Positions 1-12,500 of a stretch of 64,000 nt of DNA are shown in pieces. Within the stretch, counting starts at the first letter, position 1; every line of letters starts with the position of its first letter. The notes beneath the pieces were generated by a model that worked only from the letters and a program-made list of their open reading frames with translations, did not search any database and was not told where the DNA came from. Source of the stretch: Takakia lepidozioides (taxonomy: Eukaryota; Plantae; Bryophyta). The stretch lies in NCBI GenBank assembly GCA_030704615.1, contig CM060732.1, forward strand, positions 44,702,001-44,766,000, in the 5' to 3' direction. Both the position numbers and the translations under genes were made by a program.

Positions 1-931
<931 letters not shown>

Positions 932-1490
932 TCAAAGTCAGATATCCACTTGAACTGTACTGCCAGGATGGGGATACCACACCAAACATGGTGCAAATGA
1001 ATCTAATCCTAATATGCATCAACTGAACCCAAGAAACAGAGGCAAGGCTCTAGAGGAGGGAAGTAGACAATCAGGCTGGAAAAGGCGAACAACATAGAAA
1101 TCACATCTACAAAACAAGTAGGAAAGAAAGTCAGTGATGTATCAAAACAAAACAAGGCTAAGAAACAAAAGAAAGGTTAGATGGAAAACTCTGACATAGA
1201 GAGCAAATAAAGGATAACAAACCTCAGAAAGTAGATAGACGTGCAAGGAAAAGAACCACAAAATCAGGCCAACAGGAAGAGGAAGAGGAGGGGAAGAGGA
1301 AGAACAGAGGCCGGCACGGGACAAGCCAGAAGTTTGCAGTCCCTTGCAGACTTCTCTTCTCCCAACATCTCTTGTACTGGGAAGCTCCCCATCATGTCCT
1401 GAGGGGGTTTGACATAGACCTAATTGACAGACAAAATGGTTTAGGATGGGAACATGTTGTCTGTTCCCAATCAAAATGAGCGTTCAGACC

Positions 1491-1520
1491 CGGATCCGCT
1501 CCGGCCCACTTCGGCCCACT
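1491..1520. promoter_or_regulatory. Promoter elements upstream of H3.3: two tandem site II (GGCCCA) motifs and a histone-octamer-like GGATCCGC
   Basis: ggccca at 1503-1508 and 1513-1518; cggatccgct at 1491-1500 is a near match to the plant histone octamer CGCGGATC on the minus strand. Confidence 0.45.
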
Positions 1521-2256
1521 TCGTCTCCTTTTTCGCTTCCTTGTTGAACCGTCTGCCTCCGAGCGTGTGGTAATTCTCCACAGAAACTGCTAGCAATCTG
1601 ATGGATCTGGGTGCACTGAAAATTCGAAAAGACAACAAATGGGGAGGAGTTTCTTGCAGACGGAATCGGAAACTTTCACTCGTGATTGGGTGGGAAAGAA
1701 GAAAAGTGCACCTTAGATTACACCTTACTTCCTTGTTTAAACCCGCACAGTGAGTCTCCGTGATTGATTTTCCATGAGCACGAAGGGTATGTCAGGTAGG
1801 TTGTGTCTGGCTGCAAAAGTCCCACATCTGCTTGAAGCTAAACCCAAGTTTCAAACCTAATCTTACATTGACTAGATTGTAATTGTTGTCTGTCTGCCAT
1901 AACCTCCCTATAAACCCTGGAAATTGTGATCTCTTATTTGAACTTCACGGAGTAATTGGCCGATCTGCCCTCTTTTGGGGGATTTCAATGGAAATTAATT
2001 AGAACGGATTGTTCCCCTTCAGGGTTCGTCCATCTGAATTCCTAGAAGTGTGAGGGAAAGAGAGGAGGGGGAGGGAAGGAAAGGATGGACCAATGAACAC
2101 ACCAGGGATGGTCGCTGCTGTAACAGAGCAAATGAAATATGGCGTGAATCAAAGCGACAAACCATCAATGCTGAGGATGTGCTCAAAGCTGTTGAGGAGC
2201 TGGACCTCACCGAGTTTTGTAAGCCCTTGAGAGCTGCACTTGCAGGTGTGTATGGT

Positions 2257-2282
2257 TCTCTCTCTCTCTCTCTCTCTCTCTC
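2257..2282. repeat. (CT)n microsatellite
   Basis: About 13 consecutive CT/TC units in the intron after the NF-YB11-like exon 2. Confidence 0.9.
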
Positions 2283-2369
2283 ATGATGATTTGCAGTGAT
2301 GACTTGAGTAGATTATTTGAGTTTTTTGTTCTGTCTTTCCTTGAGGGGCAAGGTGCCGGAGCAAACTCT

Positions 2370-2690
2370 AGTAGAAAACCTCTTCAGGGAACACCTCAGA
2401 AGTTTGAAAAAATAAAAAAAATCAACAAAGGTTCTCACACTCTGTGTGTCTTCCCTGGCCCTTGTTGGGGTCTAATTGTTGGGCAGCTCACACACAGCAG
2501 ATTGATGCTCGGGTGAAGGGATTTCTAGGAGAACCTGGAAAGCTGTTTATACCAATGTAAGTCCCACTACTGGAGTGAGCCCCTGACAAAGGTAGCGTCT
2601 GTTCCCTCTTGTTCTACCCAAACTGGGCGTGGGGTCTATGGCCACAAGGCTACGGCAAACAACATCTCATGAGTACATTCTCTGTCTTCC
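2370..2690 (+). mobile_element. LINE 3'-end fragment in an intron (same family as 21330-22150)
   Basis: gttccctcttgttct...tggccacaaggctac...catgagtacattctct recurs as reverse-complement copies at ~21330-21570 and ~21915-22150, one of which adjoins a LINE-type C-terminal CCHC motif. Confidence 0.6.
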
Positions 2691-3149
2691 ATTTGCATGA
2701 CTTATCTAAACTGTCTTTAAAGAACAAAGTTCTTGAGCTGTTATGGGTGCTTGCAGGCTTCAGGAAAGATAATAAGTCTAAGAAAACTGAAACGAAAAGG
2801 AAAGGTGGGGTTAGAAAGAGAAAGCCTGATGGTGATACTAAAGAGGGGGAAGCAAATTCAAGAGGGGAGCTTGAGGATGGCGTTGCCATGGTGGCAGATT
2901 ACAGTTCACCGGAAACTTAACTCTAATAGGCACAAGCACAAGATAGAGAGATACATGTCTCAAAATTGGTGGACAGTGGAAACTTTGAAAGTCGACCAAC
3001 AATGTTCTTTGGATCTGTGGAAGTTTCATAGGGGAACTGATTTCTTTGACAATGGCAATGGTGTCTGTCCATTCTGAGGTCATGAGGTCATCTCTCATTA
3101 TTCAGCTTGTGGTGTAGTTAACAATTCAGCACAAATTGGACAACATTGT

Positions 3150-5812
3150 TTGGACCCACGGTGGTTTCATTAGGGAATGCCCTCTTTCAAAACGACGTGA
3201 TGTCCATCTCTGCATCTTCATTGTATATAAGGTCTTCTTGTACATCATCCAGTTTATGAGGGTGAGGGTGAGGTTGACAAAGTTGAACCAAGTTTGGACT
3301 TCCGACATTATTTTGAACAATTCTTAAGATCAACATGCTTAGGAAAGTTGTATGTACTCATCAACCGCACAAGAAGCAGGGGTCTCTTTGAGACAACATC
3401 TGGTAAATTGACCTAGAACAAGACACGGATCTACTACTATAAGAGCAATACGATTGTGGGAAGATGGACACCGTGAGTCTGAAATCACAGATGATCAGCA
3501 TTCTTACAAAACTGGCACATGGAATTCCTTCAATTTTACTCTACATTTTTCAACATTGTGTGACATATGTAGAGATTGATGGTATTACAAAACTGGCCAC
3601 AGGGAATTCCTTCAATTTTACTCTGCATTTCTCAACATTGTGTGACATATGTAGAGATTGATGGTATGAACAAATTGCAGTTGCTTCATAGACCAGGATT
3701 CTTCTGTTTAGGACTTGGGCCTCATAAGAATGTATGCACCATGTCTCACACAACTTGGGTCAACCAAAAAAATTAAGTAGATTAAAAAGATGAATATAAC
3801 TTCACATATACCCAAGCTTATCATATAGAAGCACTTCTATTACCTTTTTGAGCGCGAAGAGGTTGTCCTTGTACGCACATCTGAAACATGTCACGTAGTC
3901 TTCCAATGTCTGTGTTCCATCCCATTTCACGTACAAGCCAAACGAATTTGTATGCATTATGACTTGCTCCTTCGCATTCGTCATTACCTGCGTTTCCAAC
4001 ATGCATTGTCACATAGCAGTTCACGGAATTCATGCCAGCAAAGCAAATTGGGGGAAGTACCTTGAACCACCAAGTCATGCGGTTGAGCCACACATCCACT
4101 GCAGGGTCGGAAACTTTGAGTGGAAAAGACCACATGGTCCTTACACTCTCCGATGCATTCCAGATTGACAGCCACCGTGTCTGCCATTTCCGATCCAATG
4201 TCAGGAGCAGGAAGTAGAGTGGCTATTGCTAGGAAGGAACTTCAGTGCATTGAAACCTCACCTTCTCTTTCGCCTCCACACATGCCATTGACAGGTGATG
4301 CAGTTTCTCCAACTGCATGGTCGGCTGCATGGCCCGAGAATAATGTTTTGCAATCTCGGGGATGAAGTCATTTCCAAGTGCCGGATCTGCAATGGCCACC
4401 AGCTTCACAAGCTTTGATTTGTATTTGGTTTTGGACTTGACCCCGGCTTCCTTCAAGTGCTTGGTCAATGACTGCAACGGTTTTAACTGCCCCTCATTTT
4501 CCACGAAGAAGTGTTTGGCATGGGAAATCCAGCTTGATGTTTGACTGCCAAGAAAAACATGCAGAAGCATTACATTCGATCCATGTGGAAAAGTGACTGG
4601 AAATTGGGGAAGGATGAGCAGAGGAAAATGAGAGGACGATTTACCATTCACCTCCACCATTCCATCCATAGTCAGGCGATACCATGTCCGGTCTGTTTTT
4701 GCCACGGCTTTTTGAATGAGCTCGGGCTCCAGCATTTCGGCAAACATGTGCGGGTCAGTGAGACAAGTTTTCCTCACCTTGTACAATATATGTGCCATGT
4801 GGGTATGCACGTACGCATTTTCAGTGACCCTGCAAGGCACACTCTCCAATTCAGTCCACTGAAGCACAGAAACAAAACTGATTGGAAACCGAAATGCGGC
4901 ACCGCATTTCGGATGTGCATGAGAGGGTATGAGAATCTTACAAGTTGAGGTCCGCCATGGCATTCTTGAGCAGGGAGAAGTCTACCGCCTTCACTTTGAG
5001 GATGACACACCCACCATGTAATGCCAGCCAATATGCTTGGCATGGTTCTGCTTGATGTACTTCCACCAGGCAAGAAGTTGGTGATTCCCGTCCCACACAA
5101 AAAACATTTTGCCCGACATATGGCCGAAGTCTGGATCACCATTCAGCATTGTCTCGAATTCGTCGTTGCGATTGTGCCAGTGGGTATCCCATGCTGACAA
5201 TTCATCCGCAGTGGGTCCACGAGTTTCGCCGTCCTCATTCTCAATGGAAACGTAGAAGGCTGGCGAACCTAGATGATACCCTTCTCGAAATGCGAACTTG
5301 AGCTTATCCACATCTCCTAGAAGAGCTTGCCTGACAATGGGAAGGGGGACCATGCGACGGAGTGGAATTCGAAGAGTCCGCTGGAATACCCTGCTGCCTA
5401 GAACTCTGCCAATACTACTGTGCATCTCCTCCAACATTGTATCCGCTGCACTTTGGAATTCCTCCGGAGACATTTCTGCATGTGGTGGTAGGGGCTGAGC
5501 AGCTGGAGCATCCCCAACTGCAGCTGTAGTCTGGGGAATATGTGCGGGCAATTGTTGCATTGTAGAGGCCTCCTCCGGGCCTGCAGTATTCTGAAGTTCT
5601 TCCACAACGGTGGTGAAGTCCTGTTGCAAAAGTTGAGCATCAGCACCCTCCTCGCTGACAGTTCGACGACATCGGGCGATCCCATTGCCTTCGCTGCAGC
5701 AGAGACGCCCCCAACATCACATGTCTGGAAATCAAGCAGGAACTGGGCTTTTAGTGGAATCGGTTTTGCGGGAGACTGCTCCGCCCTCCCCCTGATTGCC
5801 TTCTACTTCTTG
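3150..5812 (-). pseudogene. Degenerate multi-exon gene with a ParB/Sulfiredoxin-like N-terminal domain; probably transposon-borne
   Basis: ORF 5629-4991 contains VRQALLGDVDKLKFAFREGY..SPAFYVS and FFVWDGNHQLLAW (ParB/Srx DGNHR-type motif with R>Q). A frameshift near 5010 continues as CVILKVKAVDFSLLKNAMADLN|GTAAG. Further exon-like blocks lie at ~4830-4650, ~4540-4061, ~3987-3844 and ~3755-3695, with stops and frameshifts. Confidence 0.6.
3505..3666. repeat. Imperfect tandem duplication of an ~80 bp unit
   Basis: ttacaaaactgg..caca.ggaattccttcaattttactct.catt..tcaacattgtgtgacatatgtagagattgatggta occurs twice in tandem. Confidence 0.85.
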
Positions 5813-5814
5813 AT

Positions 5815-6432
5815 TTTGTGCGTTTGCAATGCTTGTGCAAGCCTGGCAGCCCTGGAAAAGGGCAAAGGGTGCATGGTGACATCATCAAAGCTGGAATTGT
5901 ACCAAATGTCATTCTGGACAGTGCCCTGCTGGACATGTATGCGAAATGTGGGTGCATTGAGGATGCAAAGGGAGTATTTGACAATGTGGCTGAATGAAAT
6001 GTGGTGTCGTGGAATCCGATGATCGCAGGATATGCCCAGCATGGTTGTCATAGGGAGGTCCTGCAACTATTTGAAGGAATGCAAAAGAATGGCTTGAAGC
6101 TGGTCAGTATCACCTTTATATGTGTTCTTTCTGCATGCAGCCACACTGGCCTACTGAATGAAGGAAGACGCTACTTCGATTCCCTGAGTCAACATCATGG
6201 TGTCACCCTGCTAGTAAAGCACTTTGGATGTGGACCTTCTGGACGTGCGGGACAACTAGTACATGAGGCAAGGTATCTGATTAATAAAATGTGAATCAAT
6301 TTAGATGTTGTGGTGTGGAAGGCCTTGCTTGGTGCTTGCACAATCCATGACAATGTGGAGATGGCTGAATGTGTGGCAACATCTATCCTCAAGTGGGATG
6401 AATAGGATGCCGCGACTTATGTGTGTTGCTAT
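5815..6432 (+). pseudogene. PLS-class PPR fragment (L/S/P2/L2/S2/E motifs) with frameshifts and stops
   Basis: [66 protein letters not shown] and VVWKALLGACTIH occur in shifting frames. Confidence 0.9.
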
Positions 6433-6920
6433 AATTCTGGGTTTGGGTGGTGGAGCTTCTCCAAAGCTTGAAGATGGAAGTGAATACGAATTTTAATGAG
6501 CTTGATGAGAGGGGCAGTCCTGTGCACAAGTTTGTTTAAATTTGGACATGTTTGTTTGTTTCTCGTGGTGTGGCTTTGGATGGAGCCCTTGACGAACTTG
6601 CATGAATATTGTAAAAAACTAACCTTAACCCACCAAGATCCAATCCCACGGTGGATGATTGAAAGTTCATATAGTGAATGTAAGGGTATTTGGGTATGTT
6701 GTTATTGATTGATGCGGCTTGTGAAAATTGAACATTGAAATGCAGATCCGCCATTTTTCTTCTAGAAAAAACAAAACACGAGACCTCTTCATGTAACACT
6801 GTGGGGATGACCCACCCCTTTTTTTGTGAAAAATTGAACTTAGTTCTCAGAATTCGTCGCTAGTAGTGCGGAGCAACGCGAAGCCCTAGTTCTAGCGGCG
6901 ACCGAAGGTCGGAAGCTAGT
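6432..6920 (+). mobile_element. Helitron-like 3' end (copy 1), followed by a second small hairpin + CTAG end
   Basis: 6797-6890 (ggggatgac...ttcgtcgctagtagtgcggagcaacgcgaagccCTAG|T) is shared with 14848-14944 and homology stops exactly at CTAG-T. It is followed by a cgacc-gaa-ggtcg hairpin and gaagCTAG|T at 6916-6920. Confidence 0.55.
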
Positions 6921-7286
6921 TTAGCGTAGAGCAGGAATAGGGTGCCAAAGTGCCACGTTTTCGTCGCCATGTCATCATCGCCACTTTTTGTCGTCAAATT
7001 CTGTCGAGTCTGCCCGGACTTCCCGCCCGAAATACGCCAATAGAAATTGCCGCGCCAACGTTTTCGGAACTGCCCGAAATGCCCGAACTTGTCACTCACA
7101 CGCGCGCGCTGCCGCTTCTTTCTCGCTCGCGTTTGCGTGTCTCTGTGCACGTCTGCCTTTGTGCGCTAGGTGTGGTTGCCGGAATCATGGCTGGTGTGGA
7201 GGGATAGCACCAACAATGCAAGAGAAATTCACAACGAGGAGGAGAAGAAGCCTTTGGAGGGGGGAGATATCACCAACCAAGTCCAA

Positions 7287-7370
7287 ATGCATCACGATCC
7301 ACAGCTGTGGCGTGAGGATGCCCTTGAATTCAACCCTGAGCAATTTGCTAGAGGAATATCCAATGCTTGT
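7287..7370 (+). pseudogene. Cytochrome P450 (CYP72-clan-like) PERF-region fragment fused in frame to PPR motifs
   Basis: MHHDPQLWREDALEFNPEQFARGISNAC matches the HHDPxxWGxDAxEFxPERFxxGxxxAC segment of CYP72-clan P450s. Confidence 0.75.
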
Positions 7371-9190
7371 GCAAGCCTGGCAGCGCTGGAAAAGGGCAAA
7401 GAGGTGCATGGAGACATCATCAAAGCTGGGATTGTACCAAACGTCATTCTGAACACTGCCCTGGCAGCTCTGGAAGAGGGGAAAGAGGTCCATGGCGACA
7501 TCGTCAGAGCTGGAATTGTACCAGCTGTCATTCTGAACACTACCCTGGTGGACATGTTTGCAAAATGTGGGTGCATCTAGGATGCAAAGGGAGTGTTCGA
7601 CACTATGGCTGAACGAGGTGTGGTGTCGTGGAGTGCGGTGCTTGCAGGGTATGCACAGCAGGGACGTGGGATGGAGGCTTTGGAGACCTATGAGCAAATG
7701 ATGTGCGACGGGGTGAAGCCCAACCACATCACGTTTGTGTGCGTTTGCAGTGCGTGTGCAAGCCTGGCAGCCTTGGAAAAGGGCGAAGAGGTGCATGCCG
7801 ACATTGTCAGAGCAAATGATGGGGGAAGCACATCATGTTTATGTGCATTTGCAATGCTTGTGCAAGCCTGACAGCCCTGGAGAAGGGCAAAGAGGTGCAT
7901 GGGGATATCATCAAAGCTGGAATGTACCAAACGTCATTCTGAATATTGCCCTGGCAGCTCTGGAAAAGGGGAAAGACGTCCATGGCGGCATCTTCAGAGC
8001 TGGAATTGTACCAGATTTCATTCTGAACAATACCCTGGTGGACATGTTTGCAAAATGTGGATGCATCTAGAACGCAATGGGAGTGGTCCACACTATGGCT
8101 GAACAAGATGTGGCGTCGTGCAAGCCTGGCAGCCCTAGAGAAGGGCAAAGAGGTGCATGAGGATATCGTCAAAGCTGGAACTGTACCAAATGTCATTCTA
8201 AACACTGCCCTGGCAGCTCTGGAAAAGGGGAAAGAGGTCCATGGCGACATCTTCAAAGCTGGAATTGTACCAGCTGTCATTCTGAACAATACCCTGGTGG
8301 ACATGTTTGCAAAATGTGGGTGCATCTAGGATGCAAAGGGAGTGTTCGACACTATGGCTGAACGAGGTGTGGTGTCGTGGAGTGCGGTGCTTGCAGGGTA
8401 TGCACAGTAGGGACGTGGGATGGAGGCTTTGGCGACCTATGAGCAAATGATGTGCGACGGGGTGAAGCCCGACCACATCGCGTTTGCAGTGCGTGTGCAA
8501 GCCTGGCAGCCCTAGAAAAGGGTGAAGAGGTGCATGGCGACATCGTCAGAGCTGGAATTGTACCAGATGTGATCCTGAACATTGCCCTGGTGGACATGTA
8601 TGCCAAATGTGGGTGCATGGAGGATGCAAAGGGAGTGTTCGACAATATGGCTGAATGAGATGTGGTGTCGTGGAATGCAATGATCGCAGGATATACACAG
8701 CATGGTTGTCATAGGGAGGTCCTGCAACTATTTGAAGGAATGCAAAAGAACGGCTTGAAGTAGTATGTGTTCTCTCTGCATGCAGCCACACTGGTCTTCT
8801 GAATGAAGGAAGACGCTACTTCGATTCCCTGATTCAAGATCATGGTGGAACTCCGACAGTATAACACTTTGGCTGCATGGTGGACCTTCTTGGACGTGTG
8901 GGACAACTGGATGAGGCAGTGGACCTGAACGCGCGGCAACATCTATCCTCAAGTGGAATGAACAGGATGCCGCGACTTATGTTGCTATCAAACATCTATG
9001 CTGTAGCTTGCAGGTGGGTTGATACTGTAAAGGTGAGAAGAATGATGAAGGTCAGAAGGGTTGAAAAGGAGCCAGGTCGCTGCTGCATTGAGGTTTGCAA
9101 TAGGGTGCACACCTTCATTGTAGATGACAAGTTGCATCCCAGAATTAAGGAAATCCATGCTGAGCTGAGAAGATTGTTTGGGAAGATAAA
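7362..9190 (+). pseudogene. PLS-class PPR fragments ending in E1/E2/E+ (PG box), heavily disrupted
   Basis: Repeated ACASLAALEKGKEVHGDIVKAGIVP.VILN.TLVDM.AKCG and VSWSAVLAGYAQQGRGMEALETYEQMM motifs; LLSNIYAVACRW...KEPGRCCIEVCNRVHTFIVDDKLHP; many stops. Confidence 0.92.
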
Positions 9191-9194
9191 GGTG

Positions 9195-9570
9195 ATTTGT
9201 CAGGAGCCGTTTTCCAGATTACCTATGATTACCTACAAGAAACCTGCATGGGTAGATGGTCAAGTGGAAGCCGCAGCAGCAGCGACACAATTGATAAAAC
9301 CAAGTGTTGCTAATGAAGGCACCTTCTTCAACACATTTCACCCTGTTTTTCCCTCTTATCAGAATCGGCCCTAAATATCCATATTGAATTCTGCAAGTTA
9401 GCTGGTTGAGTGAATCTTTGATAGTTTGGAGTGACTTTGACATGATATTCCCAACTGACAACAGGAAAGTATCCTAAAAGAGGTAACAGAGATGAGGAGA
9501 AGCTGTGGAATGAATATTTTTCTGACCCCAGTCAATGGTGGGACAACCGAGGCAAAAAAGTGAATGCCTG
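9195..9570 (+). pseudogene. Fragments of PDF motifs of organellar single-stranded DNA-binding (OSB-type) proteins
   Basis: ~9200-9270 reads RFPDY.. then ..ITYKKPAWVDGQV; ~9465-9568 reads GKYPKRGNRDEEKLWNEYFSDPSQWWDNRGKKVN, matching the WxxFFxxPxxWWDNRxxK...PDF...W motif. An intron-like stretch separates the two. Confidence 0.7.
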
Positions 9571-9579
9571 TCATATTAC

Positions 9580-12500
9580 CTGTCATTCTGAACACTATGG
9601 CTGAACGAGATGTGGTGTCGTGGATTGTGATGTTTGCAGGGTATGCACAGCAGGGGTGCGGGATGGAGGCTTTGGAGACCTATGAGCAAATGATGGGGGA
9701 AGGGGTGAAACAGCCCACATAATGTTTGTGTGCGTCTAGCAGCCCTGGCAAAGAGATCCATGGTGACATCATCAATTGTACCAGATGTCATCCTGAACAC
9801 TGCTCTGGTGGACATGTATGCCAAATATGAGAGCATTGAGGATGCCAGGGGAGTGTTCAACCTATGGCTGAACGAGATGTGGTGTCGTGGAACGCGATGC
9901 TTGCAGGGTGTGCACAGCAGGGGCGCGGGATGGGGGAAGGGGTGAAGCTCGACCACATCATGTTTGTGTGCGTTTGCAGTGCGTGTGCAAGCCTGGCAGC
10001 CTGGAAAAGTGCAAAGAGGTCCATGGTTGCATCGTCAAATCTGGAATTGTACCCGGTGTCATGCTGAACACTGCCCTGGTGGACGTGTATGTCAAATGTG
10101 GGTGTATTAAGGATGCCAAGGGAGTGAGATGTGGTGTTGTGGAGTGCGATGATTGCATGATATGCACAGCAAGGGTGCGGGATGGAGGCTTTGCAGACCT
10201 ATAAGCAAATGATGTGCAAAGGGGTGAAGCCCAACCACATCACATTTGTTTGTGTTTGCAGTGTGTGTGCAAGCCTGGCAGCTCTGGAAAAGGGGAAAGA
10301 GGTCCATGACGACATCGTCAAAGCTGGAATTGTACCAGATGTCATCCTGAACACTGCCCTGGTGGACATGTATGCCAAATGTGGGTGCATTAAGGATGCG
10401 AAGGGAGTTTTCAAGACTATGGCTGAACGAGATGTGGTGTCGTGGAACTCAATGCTTGCAGGGTATGCACAGCAGGGGCGTGGGATGGAGGCCTTGGGAT
10501 GATGTGCGAAGGGGTGAAGCCCGACCACATCACGTTTGTGTGCGTTTGCACTGCGTGTGCAAGCCTGACAGCCCTAGAAAAGGGCAAAGAGGTGCATGGT
10601 TGCATCGCCAAAGCTGGAATTGTACTAGATGTGATTCTGAACAATACCCTCGTAGACATGTATGCCAAATGTGGGAGCATTGAGGATGTGGAGGGAGTGT
10701 TCAACAATATGGCTGAATGAGATTTGGTGTCATGGAACGCCATGCTTGCAGGATATGCACAGCAGGAGCGCGGGATGGAGGCCTGGGGGAAGGGGTGAAG
10801 CCCGATCACATCATGTTTGTGTGCGTTTGCAAGCCTGGCAGAGCATGGCATTCTAGCAAAGAGGTGCGCCATGGTGACATCATCAAAGCTGGAACTGTAC
10901 CAAATGTCATTCTGGACGCTGCCCTGGTGGACATGTATGTGAAATGTGGGTGCAGTGAGGATGCAAAGTGAGTATTTGACAATATGGCTGAATGAAATGT
11001 GGTGTCGTGGAATCCGATGATCGCAGGATATGCCCAGCATGGTTGTCATAGGGAGGTCCTGCAACTATTTGAAGGAATGCAAAAGAAAGGCTTGAAGCCG
11101 GACAGTATCACATTTATATGTGTTCTCCCTGCATGCAGCCACACTGGCCTTACTGAAATCCAGATGTTGTGGTGTGGAAGGCCTTGTTTGGTGCCTGCAA
11201 AATCCATGGCAATGTGGAGATGGCTGAACGTGCGGCAACATCTATCCTCTAGTGGGATGAACAGGATGGCGCGACTTATGTGTTGCTATCAAACATCTAT
11301 GCCGCAGCTGGCAGGTGGGATGATACTGCAAAGGTAAGAAGATTGATCAAGGTCAGAGGGGTTAGAAAGGAGCCAGGAGCCAGGTCGCTGCTGCATTGAG
11401 GTTGGTAACAGGGTGCACACCTTCATTGTAGATGACAAGTTGCATCCCAGAAACATCTATGCCGCAGCTGGCAGGTGGGATGATATTGCAAAGGTGAGAA
11501 GAATGATCAAGGTCAGAGGGGTTAGAAAGGAGCCAGGAGCCAGGTCGCTGCTGCATTGAGGTTGGCAACAGGGTGCACACCTTCATTGTAGATGACAAGT
11601 TGCATCCCAGAATTAAGGAAATCCATGCTGAGCTGAGAAGATTGTTTGGGCAGATGAAGGAGGCGGGGTATGTGCCTGACACGCGCTTTGTATTGCGAAA
11701 TGGGGGAGGAGGAAAAGGAGCTTTCTCTTTGCCACCACAGTGAGAAGCTGGCCAATGGTTTTGGGCTGATCAGCACGACCCCTAGGACGTCTCTCCGTCT
11801 CATCAAGAATCTTCGAGTGTGTGGTGACTGCCACACCTCCACCAAATTCATCTCAAAGATTGTTGGCCGAGCAATTTTTGTATGGGACGCTAACCGCTTT
11901 CACCACTTTGAAGATGGGATTTGTTCTGGAGTGCGATGATTGCAGGATATGCTCAGCATGGGTTTGGTAAGGAAGCTTTTGAGATCTATGAGCAAATGCT
12001 ACAGGCAGGGGTGACCCCTGATTTGGTCACCTGGCAGCTCTGGAAAAGGGTGAAGAGGTGCATGGCGACATTGTCAGAGCTGCAATTGTACCAAATGTCA
12101 TTCTGAACAATACCCTCGTGGACATGTATGAAGGGAGTGTTCAACAGTATGGCTGAACAAGATGTGGTGTCGTGGAGTGCGATGATTGCAGGATATGCAC
12201 AGCAACGGCGCGGGATGGAGGCTCTGGAACGCGATGCTTGCAGGGTATGCATAGCAGGGGCGCGGTATGGAGGCTTTGGAGACCTATGAGCAAAAGATGT
12301 CCAAAGGGGTGAAGCCTGACCACATCACATTTGTTTGTGGTTGCAATGCGTGTGCAAGCCTGGGAGCTCTGGAAAATGGGAAAGAGGTCCATGGTGACAT
12401 CGTCAAAGCTGGAATTGCACCAGATTCATCCTGAACACTGCCCTGGTGGACATATGCCAAATGTGGGTGGATCGAGGATGCGAAGGGAGTTTTCAACACT

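Larger units (their letters stand above)
2127..2920 (+). pseudogene. NF-YB11/DPB4 (DNA polymerase epsilon/CHRAC histone-fold subunit)-like gene, exons 2-3, separated from exon 1
   Basis: Exon 2127-2245 (phase 2: ANEIWRESKRQTINAEDVLKAVEELDLTEFCKPLRAALA) and exon 2757-2920 (GFRKDNKSKK...SPET*), GT-AG. These match the C-terminal half of the NF-YB11/DPB4 histone fold. No matching first exon lies upstream on this strand. Confidence 0.85.

Noticed and set aside
11670-11929. Possible U-to-C editing (DYW:KP-type) domain
   Set aside because: The domains carry a PG box, HSEKL and a DYW/NYW-type end, i.e. canonical C-to-U type; no HAE or KP signature.
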